Shown: positions 1 to 11,560 of the stretch, piece after piece
Layout: each line of letters starts with the position of its first letter
How positions within the stretch are numbered: the first letter of the stretch is position 1
DNA from: Dipteris shenzhenensis
Taxonomy: Eukaryota
NCBI GenBank assembly: GCA_047967505.1
Contig: CM106538.1
Length of the DNA stretch: 64,000 nt
Reading direction: 5' to 3' (one strand)
Translations under genes and position numbers: made by a program
The notes under the pieces: generated by a model
Told to the model about the DNA's origin: nothing
The model's database searches: none
Seen by the model: only the letters and a program-made list of their open reading frames with translations

Positions 1-57
1 CAAATTTGGGGCCATAAAGAAATACATCAAGCAATAAAAACACGTGGAAACACACAC

Positions 58-90
<33 letters not shown>

Positions 91-115
91 AGGATGGTTC
101 CGGATATGAGGCCAT

Positions 116-350
116 TACCATTGTCTCTTCAGGGATGGTTCCAGATCCCTCTCCAATTTTTCATCATACCCAGATCAGAGATGCCTGGTCGCTTTCAAAC
201 CGCAGGAGACCGAGTCGAAGGAGCACTTCGTTTTCAGATGCTCAATATACTACAAGATACGAAACCGTTACCACTGTCTCTTCAGGGATGGTTCCGGATC
301 CCCCTCCAGTTTTTAATCATACCTAGATCAGAGATGCCTAGCCACTTTCA
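116..350. repeat. ~153-bp period direct duplication inside LTR-like repeat sequence
   Basis: TACCA[T/C]TGTCTCTTCAGGGATGGTTCC...CAGAGATGCCT...CTTTCA occurs at ~116 and ~269; ORF 94..357 repeats PLPLSLQGWF.IPLQF..IPRSEMP. Confidence 0.75.
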
Positions 351-869
351 GCCATGAGATGTCCCAACACAGAGACCATTTTGCTTAGGACAAACATATG
401 GCATACAATCAAACTCCACTCAGATCATGATTACAGAATTTTTCCATTCAGCTAGTATGGACCAGCAACCTCAGGGATAGGTACACAATGGAGTCAGGAC
501 CAGGAGCGTGAGCGAAGGAAGACTTGCCCGCAGATTGATACACATGGGCACCTTATATCCATTTTTACTACAGCAGAGACGGGTCCGATGGGTGTAACAG
601 TGGCACTTGTCCGATGTAGAGCTACAACTAGAAGACCACAATGGACCACACAGGGACTATCACCAGCGTTCTATCACAAGTTTTATGCCATTGCAGACTA
701 GCACACCATTGGGCTCCCCTCTCACCTACCATTGGGCTCCCCTCTCACCTTGACCCTACTACCACTCACCAAAGGAGTAGCACAATGAGGTCAAGGGCTT
801 GGATAGATATATCATTCATGCATGGTTGCTTCCATGTTATGTTATTTTTTTGTTTTGGATTACAGGCCC

Positions 870-1093
870 CACCTATTCATCTCATTGTACCTGTTTTTTT
901 AAGTCTCATAGACCCTTTTGTCTTTTAAAGACTTTTAATAAAATCTCTCTCTCTCTGAGTGTCAGAGAAAATCAAGCTGAGTTGCCCTGTGCACTCCTTG
1001 ACTCTCTCTGACACACGCAGATGTAATGGCTACTCTTTCTTGGATGTGTACTTTGTCTCATAAGCTCGTGAGGCCTTCTAAAGACGTTAATAC

Positions 1094-1141
<48 letters not shown>

Positions 1142-1503
1142 GTGCTCGTCAAGAGTCGGGTAGCTGCCAAGAGGACACAACAGACTACTCGCCCAGATAG
1201 TAGACAACGATCTATCATTGGTTTCTTGCCTACACTGCCTAGTTCACCATCGGGTGTACCCTGACATTCCCTTATGCACTGTCTTGTATTGTATGGGATC
1301 AAACTGCATCTCCCATGGGGATGAGGTTGCCAATGATGGATGTATATGATTATGATGACATGTATGATGATACCATTGACTATGTCTTTAGAGTTTTTCT
1401 CTAGCATGGGTTAGGATGCTCATTTAGTTACTCCACCCTTTTGCTCATTGTATCAGGTTTTCTTTCAGTCTCATAGACCCATTGGTCTTTAGCACACTTT
1501 AAT

Positions 1504-1542
<39 letters not shown>
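870..1542. repeat. Two copies of an LTR-like segment ending in (CT)n, plus CT microsatellites
   Basis: CTCATTGTA...AGTCTCATAGACCC...TTTAATAAA-(CT)n at ~880-957 and ~1444-1542; another (CT)n at ~1096-1138. Confidence 0.55.
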
Positions 1543-1547
<5 letters not shown>

Positions 1548-1844
1548 TTTCCATCTTCCTCCCGCCACCGGTATAATATAGAAGCCCTCCTCTAATATTA
1601 TAAGAAAGTGATTTTGTGGAAAAGAAGTTTGAGTAGGTGTACTCCAAGTGCAAGAACTATGCAATTGTAGATAACCTATCTAATGATGCCCTTATAGGGT
1701 TTTGGTTAAGGCAATCAAGGTTGCACTGTGCATGCACCCTTGCACTTGGGTGCATTGTGACACACTGCCTACATCATCGAGTGCTTAGTATATCCCTTTA
1801 TAGGTGATTTTGTTGCGTGACCACTTTGTGAGCCCTAGTCCAAG

Positions 1845-2296
1845 GACATCACGCATGAGCTACGTAGGTCAAGCTCTCAGCCTTAGGTGAAGCCCTTTGT
1901 TCACTGGTACCCACTGGAGAACTCAGTAGGATAGAGTTTTTCCGTCTTAGGATTGGTTAAGAGTATGTGCAGCCCATGATACAGGGCCCCAAGGGCAGCA
2001 CAAATTTATGAAAGAGGGGCTGGTAGAGGTGCCTTTTATCCCCAAAGTCGGTGACCAATAGGGCTGCTTTTAGCAGGCCCAGACAGCTAGCCCATCCAAC
2101 TAACCAACTTGCCAGTCAGCCTATTTGGCTCACCAATCAGCTGGTTGGGGAGGCCTATATAAGGGGCCCTTGCCCCCTTCATTCCCCATTCAGTTCCCCT
2201 GCCTTCCAGCCTCAGCTCCAGCCCCTTTGCAACGCAACCCACTCCAAAGATCGCCGTACAGCAGCAAATCAGCTGTACAAAATTGCCACCCCAGCA
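1845..2296 (+). mobile_element. Partial Ty3/gypsy LTR-region copy, inverted relative to 3925-4380
   Basis: Aligns by eye over ~450 bp to the reverse complement of 3925-4380; contains TATATAAGG; ORF 2125+ and ORF 3595- share PPSFPIQFPCLPASAPAP. Confidence 0.7.
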
Positions 2297-3582
2297 TTGG
2301 CTTAACCTAGAAGATGAGTTTTCTCGTCTATCCTAGAACGGCTTGCCTGTGTTGTCCTACAGTAAAGGTCATCATGCTGGCATAGTAATTGGGTGTGTCT
2401 AAAGATAGCAAGCTGAAGCACTTCATCAGAGGATTGGACTCCCAACATTCATTTCCCCGTTTGGAATTTTGACCCACTCACCTATGAGCACGCACTTGTC
2501 CTCCCTCAAAATCAGGAAATGATGTTGAATGGGGGAAAGCCCAAGCAGGTCCACAAAGGAGCCAAAACCCCACCAGCAGCCCTCAAACCCAACAAGCAAA
2601 GGCCCTCAGCAAAAGGACAATCACTACCAAAAGAAGGATAACCACTTGTCGTTTGCTCATCAAAGAGTCTAAGCTAAACATGACACCAGATGAAAAAGAT
2701 AAAGCCGGTATTCTAGGAGGTTAGTTACAACCTGACGAACACAAGCGGTACAACGCACAACATTGATGTTTCCATTGCCATCATATTGCAAGGCACAGGA
2801 AGAAAGATTATCCAAAATAGTTGGCCGAGAAGGCCGCAACAGCATCGGCTTCTACCGTCGCCTCTGCGGTAGCTCTTCCAACCCCCAACCTTCAGCTATG
2901 AATTCAGTATTGAGTGCTTTGAACGTCGTTCTGTCGGTAGTCTTTGAAGGTAAGGAGGAAAGAACCCTAGAAGAACAAAAGAAGCCACTTATGAGAGCTA
3001 TAAAGGGCAGCAACGAGCTCCAAAGATGCTATTTCGCGACAATTAGCCAAGAAGATGGGGTGCACTTTGGTACCTCATCATCTTGCCATGGACGGATTCA
3101 CACCCGGGTTATGCACACAAATTACGCATAAGGCGACTCAGTTTTCTTTCTCAGTTCAGAAAGTGTCATTCCAAAGGGATTTCATCATTACATCTTTGTT
3201 GCGGTGCGACATGATTTTGGGGATATAGTGGTTCTGTGAGCATATTCACCTGTTCTCGATGGGCGGCAGGATTCCTTCACCATAGTCGAAGGTCTTCCTG
3301 AGCCGCACATGGATAGACACATTTAGGCATGTTGTGCTATCCGCAAGGGTGCAGTGTGTGCACTTATCTACGCTGACTGCTAGCAAAATGGCTCCTCCAT
3401 TGGGGCAAGCCATGGTCAATCTAATCCACGAGTTTCAAGATATTATGCTCCGAGATGATCAACCACCTCAACTTCCACCCCATCGACCGGAGGACTATCG
3501 TATCGACTTAATTCCAAACTCCGCCCCACCAAGTAAGTTTCCTTATCAACTTTCCAAGTCTATGGAGGGGGAGTTAGAATAG
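2290..3582 (+). pseudogene. Degenerate Ty3/gypsy gag and pre-RT fragments
   Basis: QHWLNLEDEFSRL...KLKHFIRGLDS (gag-like, ~2295-2445); EFQDIM...LPPHRPEDYRIDLIPNSAPPSKFPYQLS...ELE (typical Ty3 protease-RT linker, 3400-3582). Confidence 0.7.
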
Positions 3583-3586
3583 CACT

Positions 3587-4380
3587 TGTCGCAATTAGCA
3601 CATAATGCAACTCTGAAGAGGACACCTGTGAACACGAGCTGACCCAAAGGACTGAGTAACAGCTCCAGCCACATACTGACATTGTAGACCATTGTACCAG
3701 GCTAATGATGCGCCTAGGCTGTCCACGCAGAATTTGAGAGAGATGAATTGTGAGATGTGAGGAGAGAGATGAATTGCGAGATGTGAGGATTGAGAGAGCA
3801 GAGAATTTGAGAGATGAGCTGAGGGTAAACTGGAAAGAGCTGCGAACGAAATTGAAAGAAACAGAACACCCAAACCTTCACCGTTTGCTGGCCAAACCCT
3901 GGCTGAAGTACTGCATGGAGACCTGTCCTGGGATTGCGGTTCTGTATGGCTGATTTGCTGCTGCTTTAGGGCGATCTTTGGACTGGGTTGTGCTGCACAA
4001 GGGGCTGGAGCTGAGGCTGGGAGGCAGGGAAACTGAATGGGGAATGAAGGGGGGCAAGGATAGGCCTTCCCAACTAGCCAATCGGCCAACCGAACAGGCC
4101 GACCAGCGGGTCGGTGGTTGGCTGGCTGGTAGCTAAATCCAGCCCTACTGGCGCCGACTTTGGGGGTGGGTGAGGCTGCCTATAATAGGTGCCTCTACCA
4201 GGCATTCTTTCATACATTTATACTGCCCTTGGGGGCCCCTATGGGGCTCCTATCATGGGCTACACCTACTCTAACTAATCCTAAGAAGGAAACAAGTTCT
4301 CCTTTGGGTATGAGTGAACAAGGACTTGACCTAAAGTTGAGAGATTGACCTATGTAGCTCGTGCCCGATTGTCTCTAGGG
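3587..4380 (-). mobile_element. Ty3/gypsy LTR-region copy, minus strand
   Basis: Follows integrase remnants on the minus strand; ends ...GCGACA (plus-strand TGTCGC at 3587); homologous to 1845-2296. Confidence 0.6.
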
Positions 4381-4389
4381 AGTTGGTAC

Positions 4390-6300
4390 CAAGAGACCAT
4401 GGGAGATGGAGCTATAAGGCAGCAGCATGAGGAGGTGTGAGAAAGAAAAGAAGTAAAATGAGGTGACGAGCCAACATAGAGGAGAACCTAAGAGATATGT
4501 CTGGCCATGAGAAAGGCTTGAAGGGAGACGAATGGTGAAAAGCAGTATCACACTATTTTTGGGAGCCATGAGCAGAGAAGTGACCATGCAACCAGTCAAG
4601 CAACAAGAGCGAGAAATCATCCTGGTAAGGAGTGATGAAAAAAGCCATTTCAGAGCTGTCTTTACGGTGGAAGTTTGTCCATAAAGGAAAGGCTTCCAGT
4701 GCTTTAATGCATAATAACTCCGACCAAGTCTCTGTCATATATGGAATAGTTTTTATCGGCGTCATTCAACTTTTGACTATAGTAAGCCACGGATCTGTCT
4801 TCCTATTGTAATACTACTCCGATGGCCACATTACTTATCATTTTGTTGTACGTTGGCAATGCATTCTTGAGACCAAATAGCATAACCATGAACTCGTAAT
4901 GAGCTCACTCTATCTTGAACATTGTCTTTGGTATGTCAATGCCGAAAATATGGACTTGATGGTAGCCACTTTTGAGGTCTATTGAGAAATTTTGGAGTCA
5001 AGACACAAGCATGTTGACCTTATCTCTTTTTTGTACAAAATCTATGGGAGCCGCGAATGGTGAAATGAACCTGGCGCTTAGTAATTGAGACAAGTTTAAT
5101 GCATAATAACTCCAAGCAAGTCTCTGTCATATATGGAATAGTTTTTATCGGCGTCATTCAACTTTCGACTATAGTAAGCCACAGATCTGTCTTCCTGTTG
5201 TAATACTACTCCAATGGCCACATTACTTATCATTTTGTTGTACGTTGGCAATGCATTCTTGAGACCAAACAGCATAACCATGAACTCGTAATGAGCTTGC
5301 TCTATCTTAAACATTGTCTTTGGTATGTCAATGCCGAAAATACGGACTTGATGGTAGCCACTTTTGAGGTCTATCAAGAAATTTTGGAGTCAAGACACAA
5401 GCATGTTGACCTTATTCCTTTTTTGTACAAAATCTATGGGAGCCGCGAATGGGGATGAAGATGGTCAGATGAACCCGGCGCTTAGTAATTGCAGACCCAC
5501 GGAGTCTCTTGGGCAAACCCAGTGCTTACTAAAATACGTCAAATAAACAAAAGAGAAAGAAAACAAGAAATAAAGAAGAAAGGACGAAGGTGACTAAGCA
5601 AAAATAAACAAGCAAGTCAAGAAACAAAAAACAAAATCTTCCAAAAAATTGGAATTAACGCTCTCTCTCTCTCTCTCTCTTTTAAAACATAAAAAGCTAA
5701 ATGGACCCTTTACACTACTTATGTATCGCTTCCTACAAAGAGGCAAAATTGCATTCCTAACTTAGAAAGCACAAGCATACTCAATCAAACTCTCTTTTGA
5801 AACTAAAAGAAAAACGGGCTATTCAGCTCTCCGCTTTATGTTTTCAGCTTATGTTCAATCATTCTAAACATACCTAAGGCCGATACACCATAGATAAAAG
5901 ACTTCATATCTAAGATTGTGTGTATTTTTTTCATTATTTTCCTTGGATTATACCTCTTGTGTAATAGTAAAGTGATCAATAACTCTGACTTATCATCATT
6001 GTGCCCCTCACCAATCACAACAGGCATAAGTCCCACACTCGGTTTTGACTTCTTACCCTTCTGTTTGCTCTTCTACTACTCCTTTTCTTCAGCAAGCTGC
6101 TTCCTTTTCTTATGTGGGCATTCCCAAGATTGATGGCCGTCTCCTTACTGTGAAAACATTTATTTTGCTTCCTTTCCCTCAAAAGTCAGCCTCTTGAACT
6201 TAGAGACTGGCTCATCTTGCGTCGCTGGCCTGCAACAAAAGAAGCCTTAAAAGGCTTGCCACTCTTCTCCATTTTGCATCCTTTGAACCCTGTGGTCCTC
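4390..6300 (-). pseudogene. Heavily deleted Ty3/gypsy gag-pol (gag zinc knuckle, RT, RNase H, integrase pieces)
   Basis: RKQNKCFH..GHQSWECPHKKK knuckle (frameshifted, ~6100-6170); IDLKSGYHQVRI...HYEFMVMLFGLKNA (RT); NVAIGVVLQQEDRSVAYYSRKLN...YDRDLL (RNase H); SEMAFF..HG remnant of integrase. Confidence 0.8.
4703..5490. repeat. Tandem direct duplication (~390 bp) of the RT/RNase H fragment
   Basis: TTTAATGCATAATAACTCC...GGCGCTTAGTAATTG present at ~4703-5088 and ~5095-5491 with few substitutions. Confidence 0.9.
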
Positions 6301-7030
6301 CGGCGAAAAAAAAACTTAAGAGCTCCAGAGGCCAAATAAACAAGGCCCTATGGGCATTCCCCCACAACGCCATCAAAAGTATTAGCCCCCTCTACCTACA
6401 GCTCAGAGCTATAGCGAACAAATGTGTACTGTTTCACATACCAAGACCACAGTCAAGCTACCGTTATTGCTGCTCACACATAGCTAGGATAACCCAGCTT
6501 CTTGCTCCATCTCTCTCACAACTTTCCTCGCAATCACTCAAGCATGTGCACAATCATGGAAATATGAAGCATTCCCACAAACAAGGAAATGGAGACCAAG
6601 AGGCAATGGTTGCATCCTAATTCACAAATTCTTCACAACGAGCCACATACTGAGAACAAATTAAACATCGCTGGCAGAGTTTGAATAATAATCAGGCATC
6701 CTCATCCCATTAACTAGAAAAATTCTTCCAAAAGCAAGCTGACTAGTGACCAGAAACCTGATGTGGTACAACACTTACATAATTGATTGAATAAAAGCTC
6801 CAAACATTAATTCAGAAAACTGTACTTCTTACGCGCTTGAAGATGGGAATTAGATTAACATTTATAAAACTTCAGGTGGGTACATACTCTACACCTTAAT
6901 GTCTGCCCCATCGTGTAATCTCCTATTTCCACCCAGGTCATACAATTGGTTTCTAATTTTATAAATAAGCATCATACCAACAGCAAAATCTATAAATACT
7001 GCTATTCCTCTGGCACAGTTGAGCAGAAAA

Positions 7031-8316
7031 TTATGAGGTAAAACCATGAGCTTGCTGATCTCCTTCACTGACACCAGCTAGCATCATCAACTCTTTCCAA
7101 CCAAATTCCTCGTCCTTGCCATCTTTCTCCCTTGAAACTAGCTTCTGTATAGTAAGCCAGTGCAACCGTGATAGAGGCATCACAACAGGCCAAGCACCCT
7201 CATGTAACATCCCTGGCCATGGGAGACTTAGTGCGGTATTGGATGAAGCTATAGCATATAAGTGCCTTGAGAAGTTTTGTGCCGAACATTCTCCTTAATT
7301 GCTGCCACGTCACCACACCATTCTCATGGTTTGTCATCTCAGTTAAAATGTCAACATACTCTTCCGTGGTCCAGAAAGCAGGAATTTCCCACGGACTAAT
7401 CGACTCAAGTGAGAGCCCCACGTCCGTTTGATCTTGCATCTGAAAATACAACTGCAACACCTCATCCTTCCATGCCTCCTCATCTTCCATCATGGATAGA
7501 GAAACCATTCGTAGGGGTAAAGCTGCACCTCCAAACACACTGTAGATAGATTTCCAAATCTTATTATCTGGACAAGGCTTTCCTAGTACAAACTCAAAGA
7601 AGCCTCAAGCATCTGCTTCAGGAAAGTTGCCAATGACATGGCAGGTATACCTGGGAGCACTAATTTTCTCGTTCAGCCAGAACTTTAAAAGGAAGTTTGA
7701 GCTAACGAGGACCACATTGGCTAGGTTTGCCTGCTAAGTGATGTGGCAAAAAAGACTAAGGTAAGTGTGTAAGGTCTGCTCATAGACTTTAATTGACAGC
7801 CAAGTCTGCAACACGTTGGCCTCATCTATAACCAGTGAGATGGGCCTTTCTGGATGCTCTTTAAGATATCTTAGAAACGCCTTCTGAAAAGTGACATGGG
7901 GCTGGATATGCTTGTGTGTGACATCTGCCTTGATCCCTGTCTTTGGGTCCTCGATGCCAATCATCGATTCCTCTGTCGTTGCCTTCCAAATAATGCCAGA
8001 GCCGTACAAAGTTTGAATCATAAGCATTAAGTGCTAATTGGACTTCTTCAAGGAAGCCTTCCGGAGTACTCATGTCACCGACGCTCAGGTCAACCAACAC
8101 AATTCCATGTTTGTCACATTCAGCAAGCTCCTTAACAATCGCAGACTTCCCACAATTAGGAGGCCCTACCAAGAGTAGAAGACAACGATCCCTCTTCAGA
8201 AACTTCAAGAAAGCCAGCTCGGCCTCGCGATTGAAGAGCAATTTTTTCCTTGCATTTGCCTGCACGTTCCGCGCATAGCATATGCTCCTCGCCCGGTGCT
8301 GATTCAAGCCTAGCAT
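7031..8316 (-). pseudogene. Intronless P-loop ATPase of the 'archaeal ATPase' (ATPase_2/AAA_16-like) type, pseudogenised
   Basis: FNREAEL N-terminal motif, Walker A LLLLVGPPNCGKS, Walker B LVIDEANVL, then NVVLVSS, HVIGNF.E, VFGG, YR..SPMARD and, after a frameshift, PVVMPLS...*. Reconstruction needs 2 frameshifts (~8000, ~7200) and 2 in-frame stops (~7734, ~7605). Confidence 0.75.
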
Positions 8317-8934
8317 GCCGTTAAGGGGTAAGGAGCTGCTTCAAGGCGAGCTCGGCAAGTACCACTGAAATGCATCCCAATTTTCTGTATGTGTGCACCC
8401 TCCAACTAGGGGCCCCACGAGAAGAAACTCGCTATTAAATAATTTGTTGAGATTGGGAGGGCCAAAGGAGCCGATTAACCTAAGCAATATTAAGGTGCTG
8501 AGAAATTAAGATGCAAGGCGTAGAAACCAAAGGTGCAGGGCGGCGGCCACTTTCACAGGCTTCGAGATGTTTTGGTGAACCGCCTCTTACGAGTTGTATA
8601 AAAGGAGAAGCAGGGGCAGTAGATTGCAAGCAAGGGGGTCATGAAGGCCTCTCAAAGACAAGGAGGAAGAGAAAGGGAGGAAGGGGCACAAAGGAAGGGT
8701 TGAGCGGAAGGCAAGGGAAAGGGAGAGGCCATTCTCAACTGTGGCGCTACTTTTGCTTTGTAGACATTTTTTTGTAAAATTGTAAAATGATTTTGTACAC
8801 CTCTTTTGTAACATTTAATCATGATTCTAATGGGAAATTTTTTTTTGGGGGCAGGATGGGACTGAAACAAGTGGAATCCTTCTGCACAATTTTTTTTTTA
8901 CTTCTATTAAAACACTTGTTTATACCAAAATTGC

Positions 8935-9130
8935 AGTGTTGGTATATGTCTATGGTGATACCAGCGCCATTTACATAGTGAAGTGTAATCTAGATGGAAG
9001 CATTGAAAGATACAAAGCCAGACTAGTTGCAAAAGGATTTGCATAGCAATATGGTCAAGACTATGATGAGACTTATGCTCCAGTAGCAAAGATGGATTCC
9101 ATACGGTTCTTGATATCACTAGTGACACTC
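8935..9130 (+). pseudogene. Ty1/copia RT fragment
   Basis: [42 protein letters not shown]. Confidence 0.85.
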
Positions 9131-9132
9131 AG

Positions 9133-9880
9133 CAAATGGAGTTGGAGCAAAAGGAGTCTTTTCAACAACTTAAGGAGGCCATAAGTAAGGACCAAATATT
9201 GAAGCCCCCCGATTGGTCCCAAGACTTTTATGTAAATCCAAGCTGTGTATCTTTGCATTCATTTGGTGTTGTACTACTACAAAAAGGAGAGGCAGGTAGA
9301 ATGAAACCCATCTATTATGCTAGCCGACAGCTTTTAGAGGTGGAAACAAGGTATGAGGAAATGAAGCAACAAGCTCTCTCTTTGGTGTTTTCAGTCGAAA
9401 AGTTTCACTTCTCTTTATTGCCTCGTCCCTTTTTCTTCCTTTAAACCTCTCAGTCCATATTAGAATATCTAGTTAGCAAGCCTAATCCTGGTGAGAGATT
9501 TGCAAAATTGTTGTCAGAGCTTCACGAGTTCTCTTTGTCTTTTGTCAGTGAAAATACCACTAGGTCCACTATGGCAGATTTGCTCACAGGACGGGAGGAT
9601 CTAGGATAAGAAAAGAAATGTAAGGAGCCTATTAAGAATGAAAGGGAGACACCGCCAATAGATTTTATTTTGTATTTTGATAGGGTTTTAGTCCTTCACA
9701 CCAATAAGTAGCTGGGGGATGGTCTTGATGAATTTGAAAGGTCAAGAGGTATGGGCAAAAGGGCAAGAGCTTCCAGATATCACAACTAATAATGCAGCTG
9801 AGTATAATGCTTTGATTCTTGGTTTCAAGGGTTTTCTTCAAAGTCAATTTAAAGGATTGGAAGCAAGAGGAGGTTATATC
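9133..9880 (+). pseudogene. Ty3/gypsy (Tat-like) RT-connection/RNase H plus a second, cellular/archaeal-type RNase H fragment
   Basis: W..EQKESFQQLKEAI...LKPPDWSQDF...GVVLLQ...KPIYYASRQL..E.RY..MKQQALSLVFSVEKF; then LYFD...G.VL.N..G...TNNAAEYNALILG...LEARG. Confidence 0.75.
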
Positions 9881-9989
9881 AACGCAAAGCCCATTTCAAG
9901 GCACATCTCTAAATGTATTGAATATTTGATATCATATATAGGCCTCTTTGTCTGATGATAGTTTACAAAGTGTTTTGAGCTATCTGTAG

Positions 9990-10620
9990 AGGTATCTATG
10001 AAGGAGGTGCAATGTTTCCCTGGAACCTCCTTTGCAGGTAGCTCTAAGAGGATGTGAGTGCAATCGATTGATCCATAGCAATTCAAAAACCTTTGTCATT
10101 CCTCGAATACTCTCTTTACTTCCAGCAACTCTGACTGTGTCGTTGGCGACCAAAGCTTGTGGTGGAGTTGAGAGGAAATGGCGTCCACAAATTGTCATAC
10201 AAAGTGACAAGGTGTTGATCTCTCAAAACCAAATTGCTCACATAGGTGTACATAGCTCATGCTAGATGCCAATCGTAGCAAGCAAATCGCCACCTTCCTC
10301 TCCACCGAAAACAATCTTCCAACCACATTACGTAGGCCATTGGGAATGGTGCCTTGCTTAAGGTCCTCCAATAGAGTGTCACAAAGAGATGTGAATAACC
10401 CACAAGGCAAGTGCATTACCTCTCCAAACCGCCGATCATCGGCATGGACAAAGAAAACATAGTGGTTCCACTGGAAGATGGAACGAGGCATGATGTACCA
10501 CCAACCCATGGCTAGATCTCCAAGGCATTGAATAAGTGCAAGAACAGCAAGCTGAAGTCATGAATGCAGCAACACAAGCTCATGGTCCTACAAACCTCCC
10601 TCACCATCCACGTCCATTGC
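9990..10620 (-). pseudogene. PIF/Harbinger DDE transposase (HARBI1-like), N-terminal half, frameshifted and truncated
   Basis: WYIMPRS..W...DDRRF....LF..LC..L...SVERKVAICLLRLAS...LCEQFG and NCYGSIDCTHI (first catalytic D motif). Confidence 0.85.
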
Positions 10621-11189
10621 ATCTTCATTGATGGGAGATCCTACCTGCCACACATGCAAGCATAAAGACAATGCTGTGGTGACACACGATGGGGCCACAA
10701 TGCAGGAATTTCTTCTATGGTTTTCTTGGCCCATTTACCCTGACATTCATGTATGTAGTGGACATAAGTCAAGTGTCTATATATTTGTCCACCAAACAAT
10801 CAAGGTAACTACACACACACATATATGTATGCATGCATATAGAGTGCATCTATCATATAGAATGGAGATAGAATGCATCTAGAAGGTCCCATGTGCCATA
10901 TAGAATGCATAGAGTGGTAGATTGGACCAATGGAATTCTAGAAATATCTCCACAAATGACACAAACATGGAATCCACGGTCTACAATCTCAAATATTATT
11001 TGCTACATATATATGTAGCTACTACTTAAACCTCTCAAGGGATTCGCCTCACTAAACTTTAGCGTACCACGTGCATTCAAAAGAAGGGGTACTTTAATAT
11101 GACTTTTTTTTTAAATTTAACCACATACACTTGAATACAAGACTTTTGATTAAATAGTTCCTCATTTTAAATAGGAAGTAATTTCATTT

Positions 11190-11560
11190 GCTTTTATATA
11201 AAACATTCCACAAGTTTGATAGGGATACAATCGAAATGCTTGAATATAAGACATTCTATGATGCGATTCCAATAGGAAACCTTTTCTCAAGGTATGTTAT
11301 TTTCATAATCACGGATGGTGGTGAATCTAGCCCCAATCCACCTGTACCTATTTTTCACCTGATCCGCTATGACATATAGCCCTCTCCTTGTGCACTTCTC
11401 AGCTATGCACATCCATTTCTTTTGTGTGGTGCGCATATTTCTCATCACACCACCCTCATTGCAATACTTCCCATATTGTTTGAATACTTTAAGGAGGATC
11501 CCAGTGGACTTGAGATCCCCACTCCATCCTTCGTTGCTCTCCAAGGGTTATATTACAAGG
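11190..11560 (-). pseudogene. Myb/SANT (trihelix-like) DNA-binding protein, likely the second gene of the Harbinger element
   Basis: EGWS....T.ILL.VFK...TTQKKWMCIAEKC..RG.....DQVKNRY..I..RF..IRDYENNIP, then after a frameshift KVSYWN; same strand and upstream of the transposase. Confidence 0.65.

Noticed and set aside
4385-4396. TGGTACCAAGAG as a plus-strand PBS
   Set aside because: Imperfect match, and the flanking pol remnants and LTR read on the minus strand.
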